From the NCBI GenBank assembly GCA_016181965.1, contig JACOYH010000003.1:129013-193012 (forward strand): 64,000 nucleotides of DNA, written 5' to 3'. Numbering within the stretch: the first letter of the stretch is position 1; the number at the start of each line of letters is the position of its first letter. Below are positions 63,695 through 64,000 of the stretch, piece after piece. Made by a program: the position numbers and the translations under genes. A model generated the notes under the pieces. That model was not told the DNA's origin. It saw only the letters and a list, made by a program, of their open reading frames with translations, and searched no databases. Source of the DNA: Candidatus Nealsonbacteria bacterium (lineage in GTDB: Bacteria > Patescibacteriota > Minisyncoccia > Minisyncoccales > MHMH01).

Positions 63695-64000
63695 ATGTTA
63701 GAAGTCATCCTTATAATATTTGTTGTATTTTCTTTTGCCGGCATAACGGCTATTGTGTTTAGAAAAATACCCGCCTTGATAAATCTGCCGGCTGTTTCTT
63801 CTCCAAAAGATCCGTTATTGCTCCGCCTGAAAAATAAAATAAAAAATTTGCCGGGCGCAGAGACCATTGATTATGAATTTTATCTGCAGAAGGTCTTGTC
63901 TAAAATTCGAGTTCTCACGCTGAAAACCGAACAAAAAACCGGGCATTGGCTGGAGAAACTCCGCCAAAAATCGCGGCAGAAACAGATTGACCGCCAAGAT
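63695..64000 (+). CDS. N-terminal part of a membrane-anchored hypothetical protein (3' end outside window)
   Basis: ATG at 63695 (MLEVILIIFVVFSFAGITAIVF...), open to the window end. Not in the track because it has no stop codon in the window. Confidence 0.4.
   Translation, partial: MLEVILIIFVVFSFAGITAIVFRKIPALINLPAVSSPKDPLLLRLKNKIKNLPGAETIDYEFYLQKVLSKIRVLTLKTEQKTGHWLEKLRQKSRQKQIDRQD

Overview
This is a gene-dense window, roughly 45% GC by eye, using the standard code (conserved genes end at TGA, TAA or TAG at the expected lengths). Its content reads like a Candidate Phyla Radiation / Patescibacteria-type chromosome; that assignment is inference from gene content, not a database hit.

From 5' to 3' I call about 78 CDS and 2 tRNAs:
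- a membrane-anchored Clp/Hsp100 ATPase
- a short dcw block (mraZ-rsmH-ftsL-like-ftsI-murF-like) ending at tRNA-Glu
- a Ca2+-type P-type ATPase next to a CaCA antiporter
- rmuC and rplU
- a minus-strand recR-dnaB-cysS block
- gtrA-dnaX, then a four-helix-bundle (23S-IVS protein family) gene and tRNA-Gln
- a stand-alone GGDEF cyclase
- a complete F1Fo ATP synthase operon
- ychF
- a secreted protein built from six Cys4 repeats
- a UvrD-helicase/nuclease fusion with xseAB
- an isolated ftsZ with lysine-rich extensions
- a long glycolysis/fermentation cluster (galU, trxB, eno, gpmA, gap, acdBA, ppsA, pfkB, fba, fdx) with a pilin gene inside it
- a RAYT-type Y1 transposase with its REP palindromes
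- pyrF, then prfA-rpmE and rpsB-tsf

I found no rRNA, no CRISPR array, no reverse transcriptase and no recognisable canonical defence system.

The observations most worth a second look are:
1. A REP/RAYT pair in which one REP copy sits in frame inside the transposase gene, and a GC-rich pyrF lies between REPs.
2. A four-helix-bundle gene cassette bracketed by inverted 8-mer/16-mer arrays that could form an IVS-like RNA stem, directly upstream of tRNA-Gln.
3. A recurrent (TGn)TAnnnT-N6-8-ATG layout at 14 gene or operon heads, which suggests leaderless mRNAs. It contrasts with a set of GC-richer orphan genes that have long leaders, strong Shine-Dalgarno sites and often GTG/TTG starts.
4. Families of long perfect palindromes, one of which shows compensatory changes between its two copies.
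5. A six-fold C-x5-C-x3-C-x8-C repeat protein.

All family assignments rest on motif recognition by eye. No searches were run.
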